DNA of 62,962 nucleotides, the filler included, from Phoronis australis (Eukaryota > Animalia > Phoronida): assembly GCA_002633005.1 (NCBI GenBank). It is 7 parts of 7 records of this genome, joined end to end, with 100 filler letters (N's around TTAATTAATTAA, not from the genome) between each part and the next. Parts side by side here need not be neighbours in the genome. Positions count along the whole stretch, not along the records: positions 48,976 to 52,489 come from NMRA01002977.1; positions 52,590 to 57,291 come from NMRA01002510.1; positions 57,392 to 58,621 come from NMRA01000406.1; positions 58,722 to 62,962 come from NMRA01000688.1; 3 more parts are not named here. One strand, written 5' to 3'. The position numbers were made by a program, and so were the translations under genes. Positions within the stretch are counted from its first letter, which is position 1. The number at the start of each line of letters is the position of its first letter. Below are positions 51,597 through 62,962 of the stretch, in pieces. A model generated the notes under the pieces. That model did not search any database and was not told where the DNA came from. It saw nothing but the letters and a program-made list of their open reading frames with translations.

Positions 51597-52668
51597 TAAT
51601 CAACCCCCCCCCTCCCACCAGTGGCCTGTTCCGTAATACAAGATATTGGTGAGTGGAAGCTAGTGAGATCACGTGTAATAATGGAAATTTCTTACGAACA
51701 TTTGAGCAATCTCATAAAATTTGAAAGAAACCAGCCTTATGGAACTCAGCCCGGATGCAAGAGAGCACTTCATAGTGTTTCCTAATGAGACTTTTGAGGT
51801 CACACGAGTAAATATTATAGGTCTGCCAACTCTGCTGTTAAATAACTTCCAATTAAAGCAAGTAGTTATACATTGTTCATTTATGATACACATACGTGTA
51901 AGTGAATATCTATGTGATTAGCATGAAACTTTCATAGCTGTATAAGTTAGCACATCTTTCAGATTCAACACATTTTGTAATGAATGTGTAAAAATTATGA
52001 AAGTCAGGGGTTACATCAGAGGAAGTACTGCTTGCATCATTGCATAACTGCTCGTTTTGGCTGTGAAATGATTCATTCGTCAACTTGAGAGGGCATGTGT
52101 GTTATCCTGGTATTTTCTGTGATAAACAAATTTATAGATCTTCAGTCCAGCCAGACAACTCGAGCAGTCTCCGAGGTCACCGTTTTTGAGAAATTTGTGG
52201 AATATTCAAGGTTCAGTTAAAATAACGCCTTAACTTAGAAGTTCAAAGTGCTGTTAGGCAATGATGTGATTGAAAGATACTATCTATTCAAGCATCAGGG
52301 CAAATTTACTTACAAAGTTGGGCCATTGTTTGGATACAACAGTGCGCCATTGTTTATGTAGAGATTCACTGTAAACAGACAGCTTCCAGTAGACTTAACA
52401 GTACTAGCCTTGTTCTGGGATAGGGATGTGAGTCATAAATTTTGAGAATGATGTATGTGCGTGTGTGTGCGTGTGTGTGCGTGTGTGTGNNNNNNNNNNN
52501 NNNNNNNNNNNNNNNNNNNNNNNNNNNNNNNNNTTAATTAATTAANNNNNNNNNNNNNNNNNNNNNNNNNNNNNNNNNNNNNNNNNNNNAACGAATCTCG
52601 GCACAAACGTCTTCGGTACTTTATAGAGGGCGCCACTTCTTGACGTCATATTGGCGCGGCATTTTAAA

Positions 52669-52755
52669 ATGGCGACTTCGACTTCAGTAAGACGTGGTGT
52701 AAAAGTTCAGTCAAAAATTACAAATATTTCAAAGCCTGGTGTACTTGAAGATGAG
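52669..52755 (+). other. First-exon-like segment MATSTSVRRGVKVQSKITNISKPGVLEDE| of unknown, possibly transposon, origin
   Basis: aaaATGGCG start preceded by TGACGTCA (52641-52648), donor GAG|gtaaca, strong acceptor at 53066. The downstream frame closes quickly and is interrupted by the MITE. Confidence 0.3.
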
Positions 52756-53094
52756 GTAACATTATCTTATTGTACCCTATGTACTAAACTATTTCGAATA
52801 AGTACAACTTATGGAAAAACTTTGGGTGTTTGCCAAGTATTGGTGTCGTTTTCCGTAGTTGAAATGTTATTTTTTTATAAATTTGGGGTTCGTGTGATTG
52901 TACAAATTTGATACTGATAGTATAGTGAAATACCCTTAATTAGCTTTCAGTGTGTCTCGAGGTTGACCTTTTCACGGAATTAACCTCTTTAAGCATTGAG
53001 TCCTGCAATTTATATTTCCATACAATAACAGCAAATTCATTTCTTTTGACTTTTACCTTGTTTTAGATGACAGGTAAAGGTGCTAAAATTTACC

Positions 53095-54069
53095 GGCACT
53101 AGTCGGATATAATGGACCGTAACTTATTCCAAATAAATCCACTAAATGTAGGTCTAAATGAATGATTTTGGTATCGTTGCATTCCTCAGACATCTGGCTA
53201 TCCGTACAAATGCTTTTCACGACCCTCAATTACTCTAGTCTATAACTACGCTGTTCCGAACTCGGTCCACTTTAGCCACGCACATCGTGAAATCGGCAGC
53301 CATTTCAGGGAACTTACTTTATCTAGCGATATCTATCGGCGATTTGCTACAACACACGCTGTTCCTTTTTCATCAGTCAACGTCATTGGTTGATTTCGTC
53401 AATTATTAACGACAATCGTTATTAATCATCGCACGTCTGCTCTCGTCATCACCTTCGTCGTCTCTCTCACGATCGTATCTGTCATCATCATGTTATCGTC
53501 GCTCATGTTGACTGATGAAAAAGGAACAGCGCGTGTTGTAGCAAATCGCCGATAGATGGCGCTAGATATAGTAAGTTCCCTGAAATGGCTGCCGATTTCA
53601 CGATGCGCGTGGCTAAAGTGGACCAAGTTCAGAATGGCGTAGTTATAGACTAGAGTAATTGAGGGTCGTGAAAAGGATTTGTACGGATAGCCAGATGTCT
53701 GAGGAATGCAGCGATACCAAAATCATTCATTTAGACCTACATTTAGTGGATTTATTTGGAATAAGTTAGGGTCCATTATATCCGACTAGTGCCNAAAAGG
53801 AACAGCGCGTGTTGTAGCAAATCGCCGATAGATGGCGCTAGATATAGTAAGTTCCCTGAAATGGCTGCCGATTTCACGATGCGCGTGGCTAAAGTGGACC
53901 AAGTTCAGAATGGCGTAGTTATAGACTAGAGTAATTGAGGGTCGTGAAAAGGATTTGTACGGATAGCCAGATGTCTGAGGAATGCAGCGATACCAAAATC
54001 ATTCATTTAGACCTACATTTAGTGGATTTATTTGGAATAAGTTAGGGTCCATTATATCCGACTAGTGCC
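53095..54069. mobile_element. Long-TIR MITE (287-bp arms) with 8-bp TSD AATTTACC, Merlin-like ends; right arm duplicated by assembly
   Basis: 53095-53381 is the near-exact reverse complement of 53507-53793. Termini GGCACTAGT...ACTAGTGCC. AATTTACC at 53087-53094 and 54070-54077. 53519-53793 is repeated at 53795-54069 across a single N. Confidence 0.88.
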
Positions 54070-57000
54070 AATTTACCTGCTGTGACATTTGTGGATCATG
54101 ACTATTCATCACGTAATTTAGGCTTGGCATTCATCGCCTGGCCTTATCATTTTGCACCAATAAAACAGCAAACCATGACGCAAAACCCTTGTGGATATAT
54201 CAAACTTTCAAACTAAAGAGTTGTTTTATTTTGTTGATTTTCTGAAACTATGAAAGTACGTCTGAGGTCAGCCATTTACGGGAAGTAGCAGGTATGTGTG
54301 ATGAATTGCTCGTCAAACATTGTTCATTTTTAGAGATGTAAAACTCTCGTTTAAAACTAACATGAGCGCTCGTAGCCCAGTGAGTTACTGATCATAGAAC
54401 TTGAGCACTGACTGCACCGAAACTTCTTGAAGTCTTCAACGGTTTTCCATATGACCAAACAGTGTACCTGAAACTGAACGATACTGTTCAAGTGCGTTCA
54501 TGACTAGGTAGATTGGTCATTTTATAACACTGGCACCAATCACCAGACTAGTTACCAGCTTACCCTAGAGCACAGGCCTCGACAACATATCTCAATGGGA
54601 CCTCATAGTTCCATACCACAAAAGCTGTCTGGGCTCAAGTTTTATATGAACAATCAATGCACAAATTTACTGGAATTTCCCTGAAATCTCATATTTGAAT
54701 AGATCCCCTTCACCTTTCTCTGAATTAACACATTATTGAGATTGGCACTTACACGGCTGTCCAGGGACACGACCGGCTGCAACCATGGTTTCTCGGCATT
54801 TGAAAAGCCGGTAATGCTGTATAACTTACTCATGGGACTCTGAAAACATTTGCAGTAACAAACACTCGAAATTGTCACAGCCGGATTCACTGCTGAGTTT
54901 CCACTTTCCACATTTTATAGGTAAATCATATTTGTCGGAAAAGTGACTATTGAGGACTTCATAATGGAATGGGGCCAATGTTCAAGGGCTCTGGTGTTAT
55001 GTGAGTTTCAAAACTTACGTTTTAAAATTAATTATTGTAGAGATTACCTTTGTCTTGGAAACTGGGCAGTAACATCGAAACTAAACACTGATTTTGCCAG
55101 GATGGAGCATTCTAATTGGTTAATTGGATGACACCTTGTTAACTATTTGTTCTCAATCCTGAAGGTTGCTAAGAAGCGAAGATCATTAAAGGTATTACAG
55201 TATTCATCGACAAGCAACTCTCTCACCAGCAGAATCTCTGAAGAGGAGCCAAAGAAGAAAGTAAGTGGCAAAAAATTCACAGGAGCAAAATGACTGACCT
55301 CGACAGACATAAAATACAAGCTTCCACGTCTTGTGGTTAAAATTTCACTCACTCAAAAATGTGACTAAAAGTGCTCTGGGCAATTAGAAGTTCACTGGCT
55401 GGTTACACAGGTGGCGAGTGATTTTTTAAAACAGTTCTAAGGCACTCTATCCACCCTCTGTGTGGAGGTCAGATAAATTTCCTTACCACTGTTGTGTTTT
55501 TACTAGGACATTAGCCTCATTACAAACATTACGGGCATTCCCAAAGTGTCATTTGAATAATTTTGATATTTTCAAAACGCCGATAAAAGTGTCCTTTCAA
55601 TTGTGGTAAACTAATTTTGTGTCGCATTTGCCGTTGCATCTGGATCGACAACATCGCCTCCTGTGTTGCAACAAGTTTATCTTTCAAAAAAATCGGCCTT
55701 TCGTTGCAGTCTTAAGAACTGATGTGTATTCCGTTCCAAAGTTTTCAGACAGGCGTGGTGAGGTTGGACGAAGTATGCGCAACGTCACTCAATCTAGATC
55801 ATGTACTCAGAGACTAGCACTGTGTAACTAGGTCAAAGAGTATTCACATATACAATGCGCCTGTCTCATGATCCACAGTGAGGATCAAGAGGCCTAGAAA
55901 GGTTTTAGACTTTAGGTCAACGTGTTGTGCATAGGTCACGATCGATGTATCCATCTTCGTTGCAGCCTTGCATGCGGAAAGCGCATTGTTTTGGTAAAAG
56001 AAGAATTCTCAGTTTCATACGGGACTGGCTAAATATGTGGTGACTTTTGTCCAATGAACAAACAATTTTTGATCAACTTATGGCTGCATTTGCAGTTGGA
56101 TGGGTGTACCAACACGAAAAGGACTTTTGAGCCCTGAGAAGCATTCTGTGTGAAAAACTGGACAACTTGATTTTGGGCTGGGCAACTTATTTTTCTGAGT
56201 CAGCTGCCTAGCTTGTGACTGGGCTTTTGAGGCTTAGTCCTATACCTGCTTTAGGACACAGTATGCCAGGCAAGTGGACTTTCACTTTGTCAAATTTCTC
56301 AGTAAAATCGTTGCTTTGATAATCAGGAACAATGGGTATAAAAGGCTTTTCAACTAGTAGTTCTTATTTTAGGGGACGAAAAGGGTTTTGAAGAACCAAA
56401 GTGAAAAGTCGTCAAAGAAGAGAATAGTGCCACACATTGGGCAAATTGCCATATTCCAAGATGAGGACAGTTGCAGAAATGAGGTCAATGGTGAATGCAA
56501 CACTACAGATAATGAAGCAGAGCTGCTAACTGGTGAGTATAGTGTTGGCTAATGGGGTGACATTCTTTTAAATCCCCTTGCTCCTCAGTTTTGCTACTGC
56601 TAACTGGTGAGTGTACTGTGGGTTAATGTGGTAACATTCTTTCAACTCCTCTTGCTCATCAATTACGCTATATGCTGCAAATGTTAGCCACTGGTCACTG
56701 AATAGTTTCATCTGGCAGATACCCTGACTGAAAAAAGTGGTTTTTGCACAATCTAAAATAAACATACCTGTAAATGTTTTCAGCTTCTCTTATCAGTATC
56801 CATTCTTAAACTACCGTTGCATGCGATTGGGACATGTGACATCGTGTTACGCTGAAAATTTGCCAAAACAATTCAAAACTTGTGGTGAAAAATCACTTTT
56901 GACTACTCCTGTTTCCTTGGTTGCTTCTCCCTTTTGTTTCTTCTCATGCAGCATTGTGAGCATTATCACCAAACTTTGCAGTCTGTGCTTCTTGACCAAT

Positions 57001-57807
57001 TCAACAACGCCAGCACTCCTACTGTCCTATAAGAGAACTTTTTGGAAAAAAATGTTATAAAGTTCATGGGTAAGTGTGACATTGCCAGTTTCGTACAATT
57101 GGTCTTTGCTGACAATTTTGTTTTGCAAGAATAGCGCATCTGTTAGTCTATTCTGACAGATGTTTGATTCAGTGTGATAGCATTTCCAACATGCCTTTCC
57201 TTCTGACCATGTACTGAATATAGATGGCCTTACTGACTCTGATGTTTTATACAGGTCCAGTTACTGAGACCTATTGGGAGGAGATTGCTGANNNNNNNNN
57301 NNNNNNNNNNNNNNNNNNNNNNNNNNNNNNNNNNNTTAATTAATTAANNNNNNNNNNNNNNNNNNNNNNNNNNNNNNNNNNNNNNNNNNNNTTCAATAGA
57401 AAAGCGCCACCAAGTGGCAGGAATGTGCATAACATTTTGTGCAAAAAATACCTTTTTCAAAAAAAAATGGGCAAGTATAGAAGTGGGAACTTCTTGGAAT
57501 TTGATTTATAGGTATATTATCTAGCCACATAGAAAAAACTAGGTTGCCCCCCCAAAGTACTAACAAGGATGAACGCTATAAGATCTGGCCCACCGACTAC
57601 TAGTGGAAAACTGGCATTGCGTAGGCCTCTACCAAGCTCTTCCATGATTTTTTGGTATATTTGGCGTATTTGTTTCTACTCAGGAGACCACATCTAGGCA
57701 ATGTTCTGTGTACCCAAGACAATCGCGAGAAAAGTTGGTGCGTGCTTCACTTGTTATGCATTGCGATGTACGAAGACCTGATCTCGCTTTTCTCACAAGA
57801 AACTTAC

Positions 57808-58120
57808 TTGATCTACTGAGCGCAGCCTTGGTGTTGATTTCCGGTTGGTTTCAACCATACCGTGGAACTACTTGAAAGAATGGGCACTCCTTTATCGCCT
57901 TTTGCAGTGCACGGGAGGCACTATTGTTCAAATTGCCAGTGACTGAAAAAGTAGGGCTAAGAAGGTTACGGTCATAGCTCCATGTGAAGAATACGAGTTT
58001 AGTGATATTGAATTTCTGAGTAACTTGCAAGGTTATCAATCTGCCATCATAAGGACAAATTATTCGATCTCGATTTTCACTCTCGAGGCTAACGTAAGGG
58101 TTCTTTCCGTCTACGTGCAC
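57808..58120 (-). pseudogene. Possible immunoglobulin-like domain pseudo-exon
   Basis: Bounded by ccaacag| and |gtaagt, 313 nt. Fragments RIICPYDG, FFTWSY, shifted GNLTIV and GDKGV follow I-set order (C, W, L.I, D.G) but need frameshifts. Confidence 0.3.
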
Positions 58121-59870
58121 CTGTTGGCACGTTCATGTAGCTGCGTAGTATTTTGATTCTCAACAAGATTCACCACATGCAGAGGGATAAATTGATATAT
58201 CAAGTTAAACTATTACCTAAGCCAACCTTCTTACGTAACTAGCATCTACTTACGTCCTAATCCTAACGATAAGTGGCACACGAGATAATAATGCCAGGTT
58301 CTTAAAATTAATGCTGCTTTTCGCTCTGCTTAGCTGTATATGAACGAAAATCGAATTGGGGCTTTCAACTCTCACAAAATCGGTATCATAATATTCTGCA
58401 CCGTGGTAGGAATCCATTTCCGTTACTAACTCTAGTCACAGGTATTACGTCATAGGTATTACCAGGAAGAGATAACCAGGAAGGGACAACTAGCTAAACC
58501 GCCGTTTTTGGCCTCCTTCCCCGGTCTAATTTCAGGACTTAAGTTTCGTTTAAAAGGAAACAGATGATTTTATCAGAGAGATTAAAGCTTTTTCTATAGA
58601 AGGATATCAAAAAACTCACTTNNNNNNNNNNNNNNNNNNNNNNNNNNNNNNNNNNNNNNNNNNNNTTAATTAATTAANNNNNNNNNNNNNNNNNNNNNNN
58701 NNNNNNNNNNNNNNNNNNNNNGTTGAATCCTCAATGATTGAAAATAAGTAGGGATCTTTTCATGCAATGCACCTAATTTAAGGACTAAGTCCCTAAATGT
58801 TTTGACTGAATTAAGAGCTCAGTTTTTAGTTATATTATTATAAAACATCATAAGTCAAAAGAGGAGTTCATAATAAAGATAAAATGATAGTAAAATATAA
58901 AAGCTGTGAGCGAAGAACAAAAAAATGCCTAAAAGATTTACCAACTCAGTTGAGTACAGGCAGATCCAGGGTGGCAGGTTAAAGGGGTCTGGACCCCCCA
59001 TTTTACTTGATTGTTGTGATATCAATGCTAGAATTTTCAAATTTTTGACTTGGGCCACCTTTCTTAAAAAATCATTATCCGACCCCCCTTTAAAAAATCC
59101 TGGATATGACCCTGTTGGGTCGATATTTGGGACAGTTTCATGTAAATGGGCACAGACACAACTGATGAATCTAGAACGTCTTTAAGATGTGAATTTTCGA
59201 AAGAAAGATCTACTAATTTCTCCATTTTATTTTAAAACAAAGTTTGTGTGTTAAATTAATTAATTGTTAATTAGTTGATATTAACACCTGGAATATTGGG
59301 GGAAGAAAGCTATCTCTGCCCCCAACCTTTCAATTGGTTGAGGGGCACCCCCCACTCCTATCTCTTCTTCAGCAGATCCATTTGATGTTTATTACATTCC
59401 TGGCCCCCCCCCGGAAAAAATCCTACAGGTTCGGTACCTGCACATTCTCCAATAACCCACTTTCATCTGCTCAGCTCTTATTACTGAGCCTCCCTCTTGC
59501 TTATGATTTATTTCTCGTAATTTATATTACCTTTGCTGCCCGAATTTTTTCTTGGTTTACTCTATATTTTGACTATGTGTATTTTTCCATTACAGTGCTC
59601 GTGTTTTTTGTTTTAAATATTTTAAACAAAGACACTTCACTGACAATTTTGAATTTGACAAACTAAGATCGGCAATAGTGAATGCCTTGCGTACTTCGTC
59701 GGCCCACACACACCCGCTAGGTGTCGCCACGGTCCATGACACAATAATGGCGGCGGCCTTGGTGAATAGTCTTGTTAGCGTCTTTGGTACGATTTAGTTA
59801 GAAAAAAATGAACAAATCGATGAAAATCTGTCGCGGTTGTTGCTCGACATTCTCGGCTATACCAGGCGTG

Positions 59871-60011
59871 CGTTCAGTAGACGCTAGGACCTACGCTAGG
59901 ACCTAGCTAACACCTATTCAAAGTCACGTGCTCTTATTTACAATGCACGGCAATATCTCACGTAATCTCGCAAAGTCTTGCTTTTTAGCGAGGTCCTAGC
60001 GTTCCTGAACG
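59871..60011. mobile_element. ~140-bp inverted-repeat element (small MITE)
   Basis: CGTTCAGTAGACGCTAGGACCT...GCTAA is inverted against TTAGCGAGGTCCTAGCGTTCCTGAACG. Confidence 0.55.
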
Positions 60012-60894
60012 GGAGGCGGGTGCCATTTTGAAGAAGTTACGTGAAATCACGCATGTTGACGAATAAAAAGTCCAAAGGACATAAATCTTACAAATTTCAC
60101 CTGATACCTTCACATGCTATTTTGCAAGTGTCACGCGCTAGCGTCAAGCGCTTCGCTCAGTCTCGGCACGAGCCTTTGCCTAATTTACTCACATGACCCA
60201 GTTGACATACTTGTGGTCAACGGCGCGCGTGGTGAAAAGTCATAACGGCAACCAAAAGTGGAGTTGGAATTCTTCGCCAAAGTCAACTTAATTCTCACAA
60301 CTAAGCTTCATCGAAGATATATGTGCAAAAGTAGAAAGGACCAATGATGAAAGTAGGCGCTTTTTTAAATGATAGTTTTACGTGTGGAATGTATTTACGA
60401 GATGAAAACTCCGAGGTGAATTTGGTTTACCGCCTGTTTGAAATACATGTAACGAAATGCCTACAGAAAGCGGATGGAAGTAGTGTAACCCCTAAATGGC
60501 CAATCGAGGGGCTACGTGTTGCCTAATATCGTGTATGAATTCTGCGCAGTGCAGGCCGCTGTCGTGGCCGTGCCTGTTATGATGGCGAAACGCGTCGACA
60601 CAGTGAATACACGTATATTTGAGCATGAGTCTCAGTGGCGGATCTAGGATGTCACAAGGAGGGGGGCAACATTTTGTCCGGCTGTAAGCATTTGCGCAAA
60701 CTGATCCACGATTGTAGATGCGCATAGCACCGAATGGGGGGAGGTCGGGAGGGGGGTTTGCCCCCTCCGCCCAGGAAAATTTTCCGTTTTTACCTCTAAA
60801 AATCAAGCATTTTCCTTGATTCCTGAAGTATTATCCAAGAAAAAAAGGAAAAAACACAGAGAACGTGTCAAACAGGAAAAACTGCAAGTACCAA

Positions 60895-60952
60895 AGACTA
60901 AACTCACGACCTGGGGGATAGAGCGCGCGTGCGTTACCACTACACCACCACG
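60895..60952 (-). mobile_element. Degenerate tRNA-derived SINE head
   Basis: Minus strand has GGTGGTGTAGTGGTAAC (A-box-like) and GGTCGTGAGTTTAGTC (degenerate B-box). No full cloverleaf. Confidence 0.35.
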
Positions 60953-62199
60953 ATTAAACTACTAATCTGATACTAAGAAACCTACTTGTTTATGGTCCAC
61001 AGCGTTTGCTCTCGAAACCTACTTCTTTTTGTAATGCACGTTTTATATTTTGTGCTGTCAATTCTTAACAAATTTTTCGTATTTAAAATAGTCTTCAAAT
61101 GCCCAAAAGACCAAATCCGTTTTTCGTGTTGGCAATAATGACGGCATTGCTTCGGAAATCGTCTTAGGATAAGGTTTGACAAAGAGAGTATTGCGAGTTT
61201 CTGAGCGATCCACTAAGGCTTCGATTAAAATTCACATCTTACCAGCAGCTTCTGTTTTTTCATCGTCACTCAGGTTCCATTTTCTTTAAAAAATGAAGTA
61301 AATTTCCTTCATTGCACAGTGGAGCAGACGACGGAAACGGAGTCGTAGTGCGCAGCGTCACTGCCGGTCGCCTGGAATATCGCGGGAGAGCCTATACTTA
61401 GCCATAGTTTCGTTACGAATGCGCCGTGTTCCGAATTTGACAGCAGAGAACTGATGAAGGGGTCAACAATTGGTTGGACTTCAAAACCACCTACTCGGAC
61501 TTCAAAAATCCCTGGCTGGACTCTCCAAATTCAAAATGGACAGTGTTCTAACTTGGTGGTATGACCTTGGATTGGCCGGTACCTCAAAACCAGATGGTCG
61601 CACCTAAAAACCTGGTTGGCCGGTGTTCAAACACAATGGCCACACAAATTTTGAACGAAAACGTGTACGAANGGGGGGGGGGGGGTCCGGGCCCCCTGGG
61701 CCCCCCCTAAATCCGCCTATGACTGTCTAACAGATCGAGAGGTTCTAACATCTACAAACATTTGCATGATTATCCAGAATGCATGTCAGAATACTGAGTG
61801 TCCAATTTTGGCATGGGCGCCTGCGCAGCACTGAAAAAAGTGGGGCCCGATAGCCTCAGCCCCTGCGGTGCACCGCCCATAGCCCATGCTAGGACAGATT
61901 ATAGTAAGGAGTAAAGTGCACTACCTTGGTGTCACATTGTTGTGCGCCGGGTTATTGTCTAAAGTAGAGGCTTGTTTACCCTTGCGTTATTGACGTATCA
62001 TATGTCTCACAGCCTCACACCTGCGCGACCTTTTACTCGTTTCCTAGCTTGACCATTACATCACGTTGCTTATCCGACTTTTGAGAATGAGGACAGGCCC
62101 GTAGCTAGCATTGCACGGTGGGGGGGGAGGTGTACTCACGACAAACTCATGTCCACCATTCGACTCACGGCGAAATTTTACTCAACAGTTATACACTAG

Positions 62200-62962
62200 C
62201 AGCCGATTCCATAAAGGCGGTTTAAAGTTAAACCTGGTTTAAACTGGACTTAGTCCAGGTTTAAAGATAATCTGCATTTCATGAAGGTGATTTAACTTTT
62301 AGATCAGTGGTCCAGTAAAACCTGGTTTAACTCCCCTTTAGACATGGTCTAAGTTAGTTTTCATTTCACCAACGAGGTATATATTACTTAGACCTGTATT
62401 AAGATGTTAAACCAGCTTTAACTTTAGACTTGGTCAGACCCAGGTTTATGGCAGACTTGTACGATATAGGCGCAATGTTCAGTTTTAGGACGACACAAGA
62501 TCAAACGTAACAGGGGGACCAAGAATTTTTAAAGAGGGAGGGTTCGGATCAAGGATTTTTAAAAGGAGGGTCTGGATTTGGTATCACTAAAATCAAGGAA
62601 AAAGGGGTCCGGAGCCCTTGAACACCTGGATCCGCCTACACGTAGACCAGTACTTACCGAAGGGTGTCCTTCGGATTCTTCAGGATATGACGGTTCGAGC
62701 AGAGCGCCATCGTCGCAAGCGCTACGCATATGACTAAAAAGGCATATAATGATTATTCTGGCCGAGTTTCATCTCAACTGGTCCCCGATTTAAGGTTGCT
62801 GCCGAGGGGTCCTGCCCCAGGGGCGGGTTTAAAGGGGGGCCATGGCTCCCCTAAAATTCTCCTCGATTCCATTTGGCAATTCGGGGATGCGAATGACTGA
62901 CGGGCAAAATCCTGCCTAATACTCTGCCTTGGCCCCCCTAACTCAAAATCCTGGATCAGACC
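62200..62962 (+). mobile_element. Second copy of the 32998-34180 TIR element, cut off by the window end
   Basis: Starts CAGCCGATTCCATAAAGGCGGTTTAAAGTTAAACC and stays colinear with 32998-33720, including the nested GGATCCGCC repeat. Confidence 0.85.

Noticed and set aside
54080-57290. Possible decayed transposase (Chapaev/RAG-like or other) coding sequence
   Set aside because: Only scattered CxxC/DHDY-like words among many stops; no diagnostic catalytic motif or termini found.
60895-60952. Functional tRNA gene
   Set aside because: The B-box is degenerate and no acceptor or anticodon stems can be formed.

Overview
AT-rich, repeat-rich eukaryotic (metazoan, probably invertebrate deuterostome; inference) draft-assembly sequence. 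It is at least seven pieces joined by artificial 100-nt spacers (44 N + TTAATTAATTAA + 44 N), so adjacency across spacers is unproven. Host genes, all on the minus strand: (1) a complete four-exon PXMP4/PMP24 gene (ATG 39241, stop 29417, 204 aa) with a GC-AG second intron, whose last exon appears twice, probably as an assembly overlap; (2) an unrecognised 5'-truncated gene built from three phase 0-0 exons, each encoding a 52-56 aa Cys/Pro-rich repeat (47911-48069, 46236-46403, 45228-45383), with a probable Cys-rich end; (3) one orphan CADPS/UNC-31 PH-domain exon (51011-51119). The rest is transposon-derived or tandemly repeated: a degenerate ISL2EU-like element (THAP on +, SAP and YqaJ on -), a long-TIR MITE with an 8-bp TSD, a TIR element present twice with a nested repeat, a Helentron/HINE-like element with CTCF-consensus motifs, LINE 3' ends and many minisatellites. 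No rRNA, intact tRNA or CRISPR array was found. The modular Cys/Pro-repeat gene is the best novelty candidate.
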